This document shows positions 26,140-40,343 of a DNA stretch of 64,000 nt, one piece after another. Each line of letters opens with the position of its first letter. Positions within the stretch are counted from its first letter, which is position 1. The DNA comes from the human T2T-CHM13v2.0 reference genome, Homo sapiens. Made by a program: the position numbers and the translations under genes. The notes beneath the pieces are model-generated. The model did not search any database, was not told the origin of the DNA, and saw nothing but the letters and a program-made list of their open reading frames with translations. The stretch lies in NCBI RefSeq assembly GCF_009914755.1, contig NC_060931.1. One strand, given 5' to 3'.

Positions 26140-28393
26140 TCATAAGGGGGTAAGACTCAGAGGGCAGAAGAAAGCGGAGTCTTGTGGGGGGCACCATCTG
26201 TGGCTGGGTCGGAGGGACGAGGGCTGCTGTAGCCCTTTCCTTTCTGCACCGCTCTGACCAAGTGCGTCTAAGGGGTGGAGGGATGAGGGGGGTGGGTGCC
26301 TTCGTGGCTGCTTAGCCATGATTCTGCTGGACACCATGGTCTGGGGGAGGCAGCGGGGGCGGGTGCCACCTCACCTTCGGGTACCTGACGGGCCGGAATG
26401 ACACATCCTTGTCATGTCCACCCCACTTCACAGATGGGAAACCGGGGCTCAGGTAACTCAAGGGAAGCAGCATTGAGAGGTCAGGGCAGGCCTTCTGCCC
26501 AATCCCCCGCCTGCTGGCTGTGTTCCTTCCACACTCGGCCAAGGTCTCTGCCCCCGCATCCCACCCCGCCCTGCCCAGGGCTGCGCTGACCTGCCTTCTC
26601 CCCCTCCTCCTCATTAGCTGCAAAGAAAACTCTTCTGGGGGCTGCCAAATGCAGAGCTGCTTCGTGTCCCTTCTTTGACAGTAAAAGTTGTTTTCTTGGA
26701 AATAAATCAAATTTGTATTTCTCAACAAAACCTGCCCTCCATCCCTCTATGAAGAAAAATGCAAGTTGCTCTTCTGCGCTCCAAATACACCGAGACGAAA
26801 ACAAGCCCAGGTGAAGCTGCAGCTGGGGACACGAGTTAATGTGAGTGCGAGCCCAGGGCAGAGCGGGCCCAGATAAATAATTCATGAGCGCCACCGGGGA
26901 AGACCGGGCACTCGTGGAGTTCAACAGATCATAAGCAGGATCCAGGGTCGTGTAGCGACACAGCTTCCCAAGCAGGCGAGTGACCTGGAGCACAGAGGGG
27001 AGGGACGGGGACAGGTGCAGCAGAGATTGGGCACGGGCCAGGAATGCATCACGGCACCTGCGCACAGGGGTGGCCTCCAGGGGCTCCAAGTCCTCTGGGA
27101 TCCAGGTTCTCCTTCCTTCAGGGCACCCCCACCCACCCTCTCCCCAAGGCTTGGGCCACACTCCATGCCACCATGCCCAACGGTCCCCGCCCTGCACCCA
27201 CCTCTGGCAAGTTCTGGGCAGGGGGAGAGCGACACAAGGCAAGGGAGGAGACATCGGTGGATGGGGGAGCAGGGCAGGCTGGGGGTCAGGGCTCAGGGCG
27301 GTGCTGACAGTAGGACATGCTGGTCCCCTTCCCAGTGAAGTCCCAGGAAACAGCCTCTCATGTTGCTGGGCCGGTGCTCAGGAGCTGGGGCTGCCTGGGG
27401 CACAAAGCACGTGGACTAGGACACTGGAATGTCACCGAGCTTCCCTCCGATACAGTGGGAGGGAGGACTTGGCGCACAGTGGGTGAGTGAATGGACAGGC
27501 AGGAGTGACCAGCCCAGTCCCAGCGCTTACCGAGGAGGACTGGGGAGGGGGGCCGAGTCTCCAGTCAGGCAGAGAGAGCTGCTGGTGTCAACCCTGCCAG
27601 CAAGATGTGCCCCAGATCCCCAGAGTCCAGCGAACTTCCCTGGCCCTGGCCAGAGTCCACGTCTGACTCTGAAGGTGTGCGGGGTGTGGACATGAGGGCA
27701 CTGCTCATCTCCACTGCCAGGCTTTGGGGTGTGGATGCAGGGGCACTGCTATCTCCACTGCCAGGGCTGCTGGATATGCTCCAGCCTGTCACAAGCCAAG
27801 GCGACCGAGCTTCCCTGAGAGGCACCCAGCCTGATGCAGCACAGGGCAACAGGCTGGGGCATGACGGGCTCTGCTGTTTCTCAGTCTCCCTGTGATGGGA
27901 GTCGCAATCCCATCCTCGGAGGGTGGCTAAGGGGATCCCCAAGAAAGTACCCGGACAATTCCTGCCACAGAGACACTTTAAAAAGGGCAATGGCCGGCAT
28001 TTCTGAGGTTTCCTTTTCCTAACCAGGAACAGATTCTCTTTGACAAATGGGTCTTGCCACTTGTTATGAACCCAATGCCGTGGGCCCGGCCTGCACTTCC
28101 TGGTGGAGTCCTGGCCCCACCCAGCTCCTCTACACGTCCTCTTCACTGAAGGAAACTCAAAGAGCCCTGGTGGCACCGGGTGCTGCCCGTGCAGGGCACA
28201 GAAACTCAGGGCCGGTTTCCCTCTGGCTGAGGGAGGGTGAGGGAGGGCGAGGGAGGGCGGACCTGTTTCCTGTTAAACCCTGGAGCTAGCACAGACTTGC
28301 AGCCTGCCTGGGACCCAGTGAGGATCTGTGGAGATGGGCTACAGGGAGTGTTGGGGTGAGAGCTGCACGGGGCTGTTCTCAGCAGATCCCAGC

Positions 28394-28557
28394 AAGTGAC
28401 ACACCCAAGGCTGGGGACCCAGGACAAGGCCAAGGGCACCTAAGCACCAAGCAAGAGTGAGATTAGACCCTCCCAGAAGTGATGCACCCAAGGCTGGGGA
28501 CCCAGGACGAGGCCAAGGGCACCTAAGCGCTGAGCAGGAGTGAGATCAGACCCTCCC
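28394..28557. repeat. 83-bp two-copy tandem duplication
   Basis: cacccaaggctggggacccaggac at 28402 and 28485. Confidence 0.93.
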
Positions 28558-31159
28558 GGGGCTCAAAAAAGGCTCCCAGCATCGGTCACAGCCCGTGCCC
28601 CTCGCAGGCCTGCATGACAGTCAGGGCCTCCATCACCATCAGGCCAGCACAGGCACAGCCCAGACATGCAGGAGGCTCCAGCCAGTATTTGAGAACAGAC
28701 GCCTGAGTGCCGGGACTCGGCCCACAGCCCATTCGCCCAGGGAGACTGGTGGTCCCCATGTGCCACCCGAGCTGTCAGGCACTCAGTATGTTTTTAAAGC
28801 CTCACTTTTTAATTATATCATCTAATACATGGAAAATTGTGTATCACTACTGTAAATGAAAAGCAGAATCATTGCTGTGAGAAGGCCACCCTAAAGGTGA
28901 GTTCCATGAAAACAAAACACCCAAATTTTGTTCATTTAAACGTGATCAAAGACTGCATGGCGACACGTTCTCTGGAAAGAGGGGCTGCTCATGGCCCCGA
29001 GTCTCTCGCTCTCCAGGATGAGTTGGGAGTGGAATCGCCATGGCCACGGAGTCCCTTGCAGCCTCTGAGCTTCTGCCTGTGGGAAGAGCTGGCAGGTTGG
29101 GGGACCGGCCACACGGTCTGTACTGAGTGGGTCTCTCAGCACCACCTCATTCTAACAGGAGGGCTCCTGAAATCAGCGCCTTATGGTGCTAAGGTTTTAA
29201 TAACACATTAGAATACACAGAACTAAATAAAAATAAAACAAAACAAAATAAAACACAAAAGCTGTAGAGGATTTTCTGCTCTGGAAAACACCAGTGCACA
29301 CAAGCCTTTATCTGGGGGTCCCCTGGAGGGGTTGGGGTGGCCCAACAGAGAGCAGGGAGCAGAGGCAGATGTGGGGGGTCACACTCCACCAGGAGCCCCC
29401 AGGCACCGTGGCCACAGGACAGCCGAGCTTGTGGACTGTCCTCCAGAGTCCAGCTGGAATCACTGCCCACGCCTAAATCTAAGAAGAAGTATGCGATGGG
29501 AAGACCTTTTGGCTCCTTCTGCTCAGGAAGCATAGACAGTATCTTCAGTTTTGCCCACGCAGGCCCCTTGAAGGGGACACACAGACGCCAGGAGACAGAC
29601 GCGTGGCGGCCGGGTCACTCCCAGTGGGGAGCTGTGGTTTGGGCGCCTGAGCCTGGAGCCCCCGTCTTACTGGGAGGTGTTCCCTTATGACGGAGCCCAC
29701 GGGGTCTGCCCAGGTCACAGTCCCCTCCCACAGGCCACGCTTCAGGAGGATCATCGCAGGTGGGTGGCCTCTATTGAGGTGTGAGCTGCAACTTTCCATT
29801 TTCTGATCACGAGCTCTAACTCATTTTCCCACAACATATTATGGGCGGCTCATAAGATTTTCTATCAAAACGTAAATAGATTCGGATTTCTCTGAAGAGC
29901 AGGTTTCCTATATCGGTGCGTACCTGTCCGTGTTCACATTAAGACCAAGGACAAAAGAGGAAAATAGATTTTTTCCTAGGTTGTATGACTTTATGAAATT
30001 AAAAAAAAAAACCACCTAAGCAGCCCTGAGCCTCCGCAAAAAAAGACCCCACGGGGACATCCCGTACCTGGTCAGAGCCAGGACATACCCCATGTGCTTT
30101 TTTTTCCTCCCCTTTCAGAAATGTAATTTCCATGACGCGTCCACCCAGGGCCAGGAACCACAGAAGAGAAAGAGCAGTGGGAAGCTTCCAGAAACTCCCA
30201 TGAGGGCTCAGGAAACATGGGGAGGTGGCGATCGGAATCATCTGCCAGGCCTGGAGAGCCAGAGGTCGGCCAGCCGGGAGGTGTCCTGTCCCTGAGTCCC
30301 CGCCCTGGCTCCACTTTCATGCAAGAGAGGGGCAGGGTGGGCCACAGAGCTAGGTCCTGGAGAGCCACCCCCAACCCAGCACGGGTCCAGGACAGCAGGA
30401 AGAACCCATCCTAGGTCGGAAGTTCAAATCTCTGATTTGAGATGAGTGTTGACCCTACGGGGGTTGAAGGCCTCTCTGGAGAGCGTCGATTGAGCAGACA
30501 GGCCCAGAGCTGGACGATCTCTCCCTAAAATGCCAATGGCCTCGGAAGACAAAACCCAAGGGGGGTCAGTGGCCCCCCATGCACTGAGCTCACTGGGTCT
30601 CCCTGCGCCCGTGTCTGGAGTCATACACAATGCTGTTATTTTACTGCCTAATTTCAAAATGCACGGCTGCAGTTTACACCCTGAGCTGTGGCTTGAATAA
30701 TTTATCGCAAAGTCCCTGTGTCAGTGACCAGTGTGTTGGGTGTTGCTTTGAAACCCACAGAGAAGACCTAATGTATCACGTTGTTTTCCTCCTCTTTAAA
30801 TATTATTGACACAGCGATACTTCACTACAGGCCATTAATAATGGTCTGCTTCTAGAGGAGAAAATACCGATGCAGGTCAGGGCAGGTGACTCGCTCTGAG
30901 CCACTTAACACTGGGTGGCAATGGTAACCCGCCACTGCTTCCTTTTTAATTTAATCCACGAAGCAGCACAGCAAAGTTTCCTCATATTTCTCCTCTTAAA
31001 GCTGACAGAAAATAACCAGCAGAAAACAAACAACACATCTTAGGGAAGGGAATTTAGACAAGGACAGAGACCAGGGAGCGAGAGGAAGATGCCTGTGTTT
31101 CCCACAGTCATTGGGACGAATCTGAGGCAGCGTTAGAGCGAGCGCCTTCCACTTTGGCC

Positions 31160-31817
31160 CACAGCTCCTTGTTCCTAAAATCAGCACCGCGTCCCCAGCT
31201 TACAGCTCCTTGTTCTAAAATCAAATCAACGCCGCATCCCCAGCTTACAACTCCTTGTTCCTAAATCAATGCCGCGTCCCCAGCTTACAACTCCTGGTTC
31301 CTAAAATCAACGCCGTGTCCCCAGCTTACAGCTCCTTGTTCCTAAAATCAACGCCGCGTCCCCAGCTTACAGCTCCTTGTTCCTAAAATCAACGCCGCGT
31401 CCCCAGCTTACAGCTCCTTGTTCCTAAAATCAACGCCGCGTCCCCAGCTTACAGCTCCTTGTTCCTAAAATCAACGCCGTGTCCCCAGCTTACAGCTCCT
31501 TGTTCCTAAAATCAATGCCACGTCCCCAGCTTACAACTCCTTGTTCCTAAATCAACGCTGCGTCCCCAGCTTACAACTCCTTGTTCCTAAATCAACGCCA
31601 CGTCCCCAGCTTACAACTCCTTGTTCTAAAATCAACGCTGTGTCCACAGCTTACAACTCCTTGTTCCTAAATCAACGCTGCATCCCCAGCTTACAACTCC
31701 TTGTTCCTAAAATCAACGCCGCATCCCCAGCTTATAGCTCCTTGTTCCTAAATCAATGCCACGTCCCCAGCTTACAGCTCCTTGTTCCTAAATCAACACT
31801 GTGTCCCCAGCTTACAA
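31160..31817. repeat. 40/41-bp minisatellite (VNTR), ~16 copies
   Basis: Unit cagcttacagctccttgttcctaaaatcaacgccgcgtccc; period 41 (31322 to 31363). Confidence 0.98.
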
Positions 31818-32280
31818 ACGCTGTGTCACACTCTACGGTTTCTATCTGGTTTTATTTTCATCCAACTCTCTCCAGGCCTGCCTGTCACTCAGGGAGAGAT
31901 CTCACCAGTCCAGCCACATCTGGGAGATAAAAATGCCCAATTCAATGAGCATTTGTTAAACACACCCCAAGGTTTGTTGCCATGAATTGTAAATTCCTGG
32001 AAGGCAGCAAACCTGCAGTCTTAGAGTAGGATGGGGCCTTTCAGCCCCTGAACGTGCATCTGGGTGTGGACCAAGGGCTTGCCAGCCCCGCAAAGGGCAT
32101 GGGCAGCCTGCTTTGCCTCAGCGTCCACACGAGCAGGCGGGGTAGCACCTCCTGTCAGAGGGGAGGATCCACCTGTGCATGTGGAGGTGCAGAAGGAGGG
32201 GTCATCCATGGAAATCTGACTTCTACGGCAAACTCAAGTTTAAGCAAAAGTAGACTACCCTTCGGAAATGCACACTGGAA

Positions 32281-32865
32281 CGATAGCAAAACATGAAATC
32301 GACGTAAGTGTCCATCAGTGGATGAATGGATAAAGAAAACGTGGTGTGTCCACACAATGGAATACTACTCAGCTATGAAAAAGGATGAAGTTCTGTCTGT
32401 TGCGCACAATGGAATACTATTCAGCCATAAAAAAGGATGAAGTCCTGTCTGTTGCACACAATGGAATACTATTCAGCCATAAAAAAGGATGAAGTCCTGT
32501 CTTTTGCACACAATGGAATACTATTCAGCCATAAAAAAGGATGAAATCCTGTCTTTTGCAGCAACATGGATGGAACTGGAGCCATTATCTTGAGTGAAAC
32601 AATGCAGAATCAGAAAGTTAAATACTGCACATTCACACATTTAAGTGGGAGCCAAATTACATGCGTGCATGGATGTAGCACATGGGACAATGGACGCTGC
32701 AGACCCGGGAGGCTGGGAAGGGAGAGGAGGGTGAGAATTCGCCGCTCGGGCCCATCTATGTTATTCAGTGATGGCTACACTCAAAGCCCAGACTTCACCA
32801 CTACACAACAGATCCACGTAGTAAGACCGCACTTGGACCCCAAACATTCATACAGTAACAAATAT
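32281..32865 (+). mobile_element. L1 3' end (L1PB-like), 5'-truncated
   Basis: gtgtccatcagtggatgaatggataaagaaaa...gcagcaacatggatggaactgga...aagtgggagc...aaagcccagacttcaccactac match the L1 ORF2 end and 3' UTR. Confidence 0.9.
32351..32560. repeat. 52-bp tandem array (4 copies) inside L1
   Basis: Units containing cacaatggaatacta...aaggatgaa...ctgtct start at 32351, 32403, 32455 and 32507. Confidence 0.94.
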
Positions 32866-34207
32866 TACTAAGAGAACCTACTGGTCAGATAGATCTTTGC
32901 TTTCCTGCCAGTCAGTGCCAGGGGAGCTTTGGTCTCTCACACGGCTTAGAGCCCTTCCTTCCAAGGCGGGCAGCTCCTGCGTGCACATGGGGGCTCCCAC
33001 CACCCCGAGGGCCGGTCCCCCATGCCTGTTGGAGGGTGGTGTGGGTTTGCTCTGGCTGGTGTGGAGAAGCCCTTAACTGAGAACAGGGTCAGGGGACCTT
33101 CTAGCTTTCTTCTCTAGCTTTCTTCGTCTCTAGCTTTTCTTTTTTTAAGGCATTTATTGCTCCTGAAAATAATCTGTGCTTGCAAAGAAAAAAAGTCATT
33201 TTGTTTCAAATCCAGTGATAAAGAATGGATCTTTTCTTCTCCTAGCAAACCATTTTCCCTTGCCCCAGGGGACCATGTATGACCTGAGCCATCTTCCCCC
33301 ACGCCAGGCCCTCAGGAGACCCAACCTCCCTGACACATCCTAGGCCCGGGGCGGGTGTGGGGAGGCACGAGCTTCTCTGGAAACCAGCAGCTGTCGCCTG
33401 CTTGCCCATCTGTCACCAAGCTCTAAGTCCTGCTGTCTGCTCAACAGGCATGAGGAGCAGTCCCACAGTGCAATGAGGCCGGCACGGGGGCCCAGGGAGG
33501 GCTCGGCCCCAGGTCCCCTGACGTGGGGTGTCTGCCCTCCCCAGGAGGACGGGGTTGGGGGCACATCTGATGGGGCCTGGGTCATGCCTGCCAGTTCTGC
33601 ACAGAGCTGCCTCCTGAGTGCCCACGTGCCCTGCGGGGCTGCCTGGCGGCTCCATTTGCTCTGTGTCTGTGGAGCAACTGCGCCCCTGGGCCCGCCTGGC
33701 CTGGGCTCCCACTGAGGTCACAGCACCTGGGTCATTCAGCTCCAAGGATGGGGCAGGCCCCACAGGGCAGGACCCCCTCCAGCAGTTCCTGCCTGTCCTG
33801 GGAAGGCCACGGAGACAGACCCTTGACTTCAGGACAGGGGGCTGCTCTTTCCATAAATCCCCCTGGCTGGCGCCTGGAGCCCAGGTTCCTCCCACACAGC
33901 CAGTCATTCCTGCCATCCACACTGGCCCTGCAAGGGCTGGAAGGGCCACAGGTGGGCCTCACTCAAGAGGGAAGGACCAGGGAGGAGAAGGGAGCCACAT
34001 TAGCCTGGCTGGGTGGGCAAAGCCACGTCAGCAGCCAGAATGTCCCTGCAGATAAACGTGGGGGGAGGCATGACAGAAAGCCGGGTTTCTACAGAAAGAG
34101 GAGGCCAGGGAGGGGCAGAGCCTGGGGGGAGGAGTGCAGGGAGGGGCAGGCAGAGACCAGTGGGTCATAGGGACCCTGTGGAGCCCCCAGACCAGCCCCT
34201 GCACAGA

Positions 34208-34582
34208 GGAGAGGAATGTGGGGCCGGAGGAATGGAGTGCAGGGGAGAGGAGTGCAGGGGAGTGGAGTGCAGGGCTGGGGGAGAGTAGTGCAGGGGAGAG
34301 TAGTGCAGGGCAGGGGGAGAGGAGTGTGGGGCTGGGGGAGAGGAGTGCAGGGGAGAGGAGTGCAGGGAGGTGGGGAGAGGAGTGTGGGGCTGGGGGAGAG
34401 GAGTGCAGGGGAGAGGAGTGCAGAGGAGAGGAGTGCAGGGTGGGGGGAGAGGAGTGCAGGGTGGGGGGAGAGGAGTGCAGGGTGGGGGGAGAGGAGTGCA
34501 GGGTGGGGGGAGAGGAGTGCAGGGGAGAGGAGTACAGGGCGAGGGGGAGAGGAGTGTGGGGCTGGGGGAGAGGAATGCAGGG
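34208..34582. repeat. G/A-rich minisatellite with 15/21-bp units (ggggagaggagtgca)
   Basis: Repeated ggggagaggagtgcag with optional ggtgg/ggctgg inserts; many G3-G6 runs. Confidence 0.95.
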
Positions 34583-34993
34583 CCCGGGAAAAGGACTGCA
34601 GGGCCAAGGGAGAGGCCCAGGGCCCGGGCTGCAGCCTGGCTTCAGCTTTTACCCGGCAGCCTCAGAGCTCTACTTTTCATTAAGTGCCTTACCATATAAT
34701 TAATTTGTACTCCTCTGTGGAATAGGAAAAGAGCCATGGAATAATTAAAGAATTAAAACACTAGCTCAGAGCCGGGAGCAGCAGTCAGGGCTGGCCCGGA
34801 GGCTCCTGGGCTCTGACCACGCCATCCATCCGCTGAGGACAGCAGACCACCTGCGTGAGACGCGGAGGAGCAGCAGCTCTGCCGTGAGAGGAGCCCGTGT
34901 CCAGCCTCCAACGTAGATGCTGTGTTGGACAGAGTCTAAATGTAGACCGAATAAGCTACCTCACATTTCAAGCTCAGTAAATGTAATGTTTAA

Positions 34994-35274
34994 TCACACC
35001 TGTAATCCCAGCACTTTAGGAGGCCGAGGCAAGTGGATCACCTGAAGTCAGGAGATCGAGACCATCCTGGCCAACATGGTGAAACCCCATCTCTACTAAA
35101 AATACAAAAATTAGCTGGGTGTGTTGGCAGGCACTTGCAATCCCAGCTACTCGGGATGCTGTGGCAGGCAAATACTTGAATCTGGGAGGTGGAGCTTGCA
35201 GTGAGCAGAGATTGCACCACTGCACTCTAGCCTGGGTGACAGAGACTCCATCTCAAAAAAAAAAAAAAAAAAAA
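34994..35274 (+). mobile_element. Alu (AluS-like), slightly 5'-truncated, pure A tail
   Basis: tcacacctgtaatcccagcacttt...gagatcgagaccatcctggccaacatgg...actccatctc followed by ~20 A. Confidence 0.95.
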
Positions 35275-36147
35275 CTCTACTTCAAGTTGTAATTCTGAGA
35301 TTTTGAAGCACGTTTGGCTGGACTCCATCCTTCATGCCCCACGTAAGAGGGTTGTGTTCTGGGTAGAGAAGTCATCTTTGTGCGGGGTGCGAGGCATCCG
35401 GGGGCCAGGGGACTGTGAGCTGCAGCAACAGTGACCCCTCCAGTGCTGACAGTGTGGGGCGGTCCCGGGTCCGATCCTGGCTGTTCCTCTGAGCGGCCGT
35501 AGGGGTCTGCCCTGGCCCCTACACTATGCCCACCAAGAGGACCTCCTGTAAACGTGAGCCTCGTGCCAGAGAACCCACAGCCAGCCCCTCACACCCCTGC
35601 ACTGACCGGCTTTTATTTCCAGCCTAAAAGAAGAGAAGGCAGATTTAGTTGCCTGAACACAAACCCTCCTTCTCCCTCGCTCAAGCCATCAGGGGGTTCT
35701 AGTCGGCTTGTCCACTCTCATCTCCTTTAAATAAACAGCAAAACCGTTTTCACAACTCAGCTCCCAATGTGAAATTAGTTTCATGGTGACTGAGCACCGT
35801 GTGCTGCCCGAATTTCTCACCAACCTCAGACGCTCTCGTTTTCACGTGCCACGGAGCTACACAAAGATAAAGCAGCCCAATAAAGACCCGGCTGAAGGCT
35901 TTTGTGTTCTCTCACTCTTGCCCACTTACCCTGCGTATTCCACCAACACAGGCAGGGGAAAGCTTGGCCTGGGAACCTGAGTTCTGGGACCTGCTCCCTG
36001 GCTGGACTTGCTGGCACCCACCGGAGATGAGGCCTCCAGGAAACCTGTCATCGGGAGACTCGTCCACACGACAAGACCAGGGGGAAGAGGTGCTGTCTGC
36101 AGCTGTTCTCCGCGAGTCCCTGGCCCACCTGATAACGAGTTCCGTAA

Positions 36148-36642
<495 letters not shown>

Positions 36643-37004
36643 TAACTGCTTGCCTCACTAATAAAACTTCTCTTTTGCCAAAGGATGCTTCTCAGGTTGC
36701 ATTCCCCAGTCAGGGGAATAACCAGAGGATTAAAACAAAAGGTTAAAGTGATCACTTCAAAAACAATCGCCAAGGCCCGTAAGAGAAGGGTTTAAAAGCC
36801 CCAGGGCCATGCATGCTTGGTTTCAGGCCAGAGGGTTCTCAGCTGGAATCACCCAACACGAGAAAGCCGTCGAGAGGCCGGGATGAAAGCACCTGGTCAC
36901 CACTAACGCCCTGCACACCTTTCCTTCTTCCTCCTCCTCTTTATTTCTTAACAGGAAGCTGCCTGACATTTCGGCTTTGAGGTCTACTGGGAAGCATGAC
37001 TGAA

Positions 37005-37865
37005 GTTGGGGTGCAGGGTGGGGGCTGGTGTCCGGCCGCAGGTGGGGAGCAGGGTGGGGCTGGGGTCGGGCCGCAGGTGGGGAGCAGGGTGGGGGCTGGT
37101 GTCCGGCCGCAGGTGGGGAGCAGGGTGGGGGCTGGTGTCCGGCCGCAGGTGGGGTGCAGGGTGGGGGCTGGGGTTTGGCCGCAGGTGGGGAGCAGGGTGG
37201 GGCTGGGGTCGGGCCGCAGGTGGGGAGCAGGGTGGGGGCTGGTGTCCGGCCGCAGGTGGGGTGCAGGGTGGGGGCTGGTGTCCGGCCGCAGGTGGGGTGC
37301 AGGGTGGGGGCTGGGGTTTGGCCGCAGGTGGGGTGCAGGGTGGGGGCTGGGGTTTGGCCGCAGGTGGGGTGCAGGGTGGGGGCTGGGGTTTGGCCGCAGA
37401 TGGGGAGCAGGGTGGGGGCTGGGGTTTGGCCGCAGGTGGGGAGCAGGGTGGGGCTGGTGTCTGGCCGCAGGTGGGGTGCAGGGTGGGGGCTGGGGTTTGG
37501 CCGCAGGTGGGGTGCAGGGTGGGGGCTGGGGTTTGGCCGCAGGTGGGGAGCAGGGTGGGGCTGGTGTCTGGCCGCAGGTGGGGTGCAGGGTGGGGGCTGG
37601 GGTTTGGCCGCAGGTGGGGTGCAGGGTGGGGGCTGGGGTTTGGCCGCAGGTGGGGAGCAGGGTGGGGCTGGTGTCTGGCCGCAGGTGGGGTGCAGGGTGG
37701 GGGCTGGGGTTTGGCCACAGGTGGGGTGCAGGGTGGAGCTGGGGTTTGGCCGCAGGTCTGGTGCAACGTGGGGCTGGGGTCGGGCCGCAGGCGGGGTGAA
37801 GGGTGGGGGCTGGGATCTGGCCGTAGGTGGGGTACAGGGTGGGGCTGAGGTTCGGCCACAGGTAG
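37005..37865. repeat. 35/36-bp G-rich minisatellite (VNTR), ~24 copies
   Basis: Unit ggggtgcagggtgggggctggggtttggccgcaggt with discrete variant types. Confidence 0.98.
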
Positions 37866-37954
37866 AGAGCAGAGGGCCTTCTCCCACAGGCCTGCTCTTG
37901 GCTGTGCATGTCACAGAGGGGACCACACTCCACTCACAGCAACCCAGAGGTAGA

Positions 37955-38065
37955 GTTCACGTGCAAAGAATGGGAAGCTGGAGCCTTAAATAATTTGCCA
38001 AAGTTCAGGCAGCAGCAAAAGCCAGAGCCAGAATCTGGAAGCAGGTACAGCTGATTCCAAACCTA
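37955..38065 (-). mobile_element. MIR remnant
   Basis: taatttgccaaagttcaggcagc...agagccagaatctggaagcaggt...ctgattccaaa. Confidence 0.45.
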
Positions 38066-39616
38066 CCTCCTATACCCATGACCCCTCAGGACCACAGGGC
38101 CTGAGTCCACGGCTGGGGACATGCACAGCAGGGGGACCTGAGGACCGGGAGGGCGGCACTTCAGCCTCACGGGCACTCCCACCATGCAGACAGACGCAGG
38201 CAGTGTAGTAGATGGTAAAACGGCCGAAAACCATCAGCAGCCTCAGGACCGCCCTGTCATGATGCCAACTCCCAATCCGTGCTGAGAGCCCGGCACTGCC
38301 TCAGGGAGATTAGCAAACACTTTTCATCTGTTTATACACAAACAGCAGGCATGGGCCCGCTGGCCTTCCAGGAACATGAGTCTGCGTGACTGGCTGTTGT
38401 GCCCTCACCCGGAACCGTGCCAGGCACCGAGGAGGTGCTCAGTAAACTATGGGGTTGCATCGTATTTGAGGTCATCCGGAGGCACCCGCTGCTGCACTGG
38501 GACTCCTGGAGATCCTCCTCCAGCCGGAAGCTGGCCAAGCTGTCTCCAGGTCCTGGGATCACGTTGTTTCAGTGGAGACGATGGCCGCCAGCTTCAGATT
38601 CAGAAATGGCACTTAGTGCCTCTTCCCTTGGAGTCACCTCGGGTGACATGGGGTGGCCCCCATGGCCAGCACTGACCAGCTCTGCCCCCCACCGAGGCGG
38701 GAGCCACATCTCACCACCAAATGCCCTTTTATGGGAACTGAGGTGCAAAGCGGGGGCTTGAGGCAAGCAGCCCCCGCGGGAAACACGGCGTGGTCGTCAG
38801 GCGAGTGCTGCCTTAGAGACCCGCCCCCTGCAGAGGCTGTGCTCTGGATGGTCACTCACTCACCCCTTTATTAAGAGTTGGTTCTACGGAGGATGAGAGA
38901 GGCAGGGACGTGTTTTGGGAGAAGGTCATATGAAAAATTAGTGCCACTGAGTTTCGGCCCCTAAAAAGCTTCCACTTTCACGGTGAGGGGAAATGTTGTA
39001 AACTAAAACCTCTGGTGGGGAGAGTCACTTTTGTTGCCCGAATCCCCAGTACAGTGGACGGCGCCTCGTGAGCCGGATGGCAACCTGGCCAGCATGCAGT
39101 GAAGGAACAACGGGGCCAAATGCCGCAGGTGTGGATGAGGGAGAAAACAAAAGCTCCCACTGCGCCCCTCCCTCCCTGGAGCTTAGGGTTCATCTGAGGG
39201 GTGAAGAGGAGGATGTGAAGGACACCACGGGGGTCAGGGAGCCTGGGAAATGTCCAGGAATCCTGGGGCCGGGGCCTGCTCCCTGGAAGCAGATCTGAGG
39301 ACGTTTCGGGCAGGTCAGCTGCAGCGAGAGAAATGGACTTGCCGGGGAGGAACTCCCGGCTGCCTCAAAGCTCAGCAGGTCCACGGAGCAGGAGCCACAC
39401 AAGGCTCTTCAACAAGCACCGTGAGGTGGGGAGCTGGCCCGGACCACCCTGGCGTGGACACGGCTGGGCTGGATCTCATCTGTGGAACTCCTGGCAGGAG
39501 ATGGAGTGCCCTGGTCCTGGCCGGGGTTTGGCAGCACAAGTGGGGGTCTGCTACAGGCCGCTTGGATCCAGGGGAGGAGGAAAGAGCACAGGAGAGGGCA
39601 GGAGATGTTTGGCTTC

Positions 39617-40343
<727 letters not shown>

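Noticed and set aside
36823-37993. 267-367-aa Pro- or Gly-rich ORFs
   Set aside because: Open in all six frames because the G-rich VNTR unit has no stop codons
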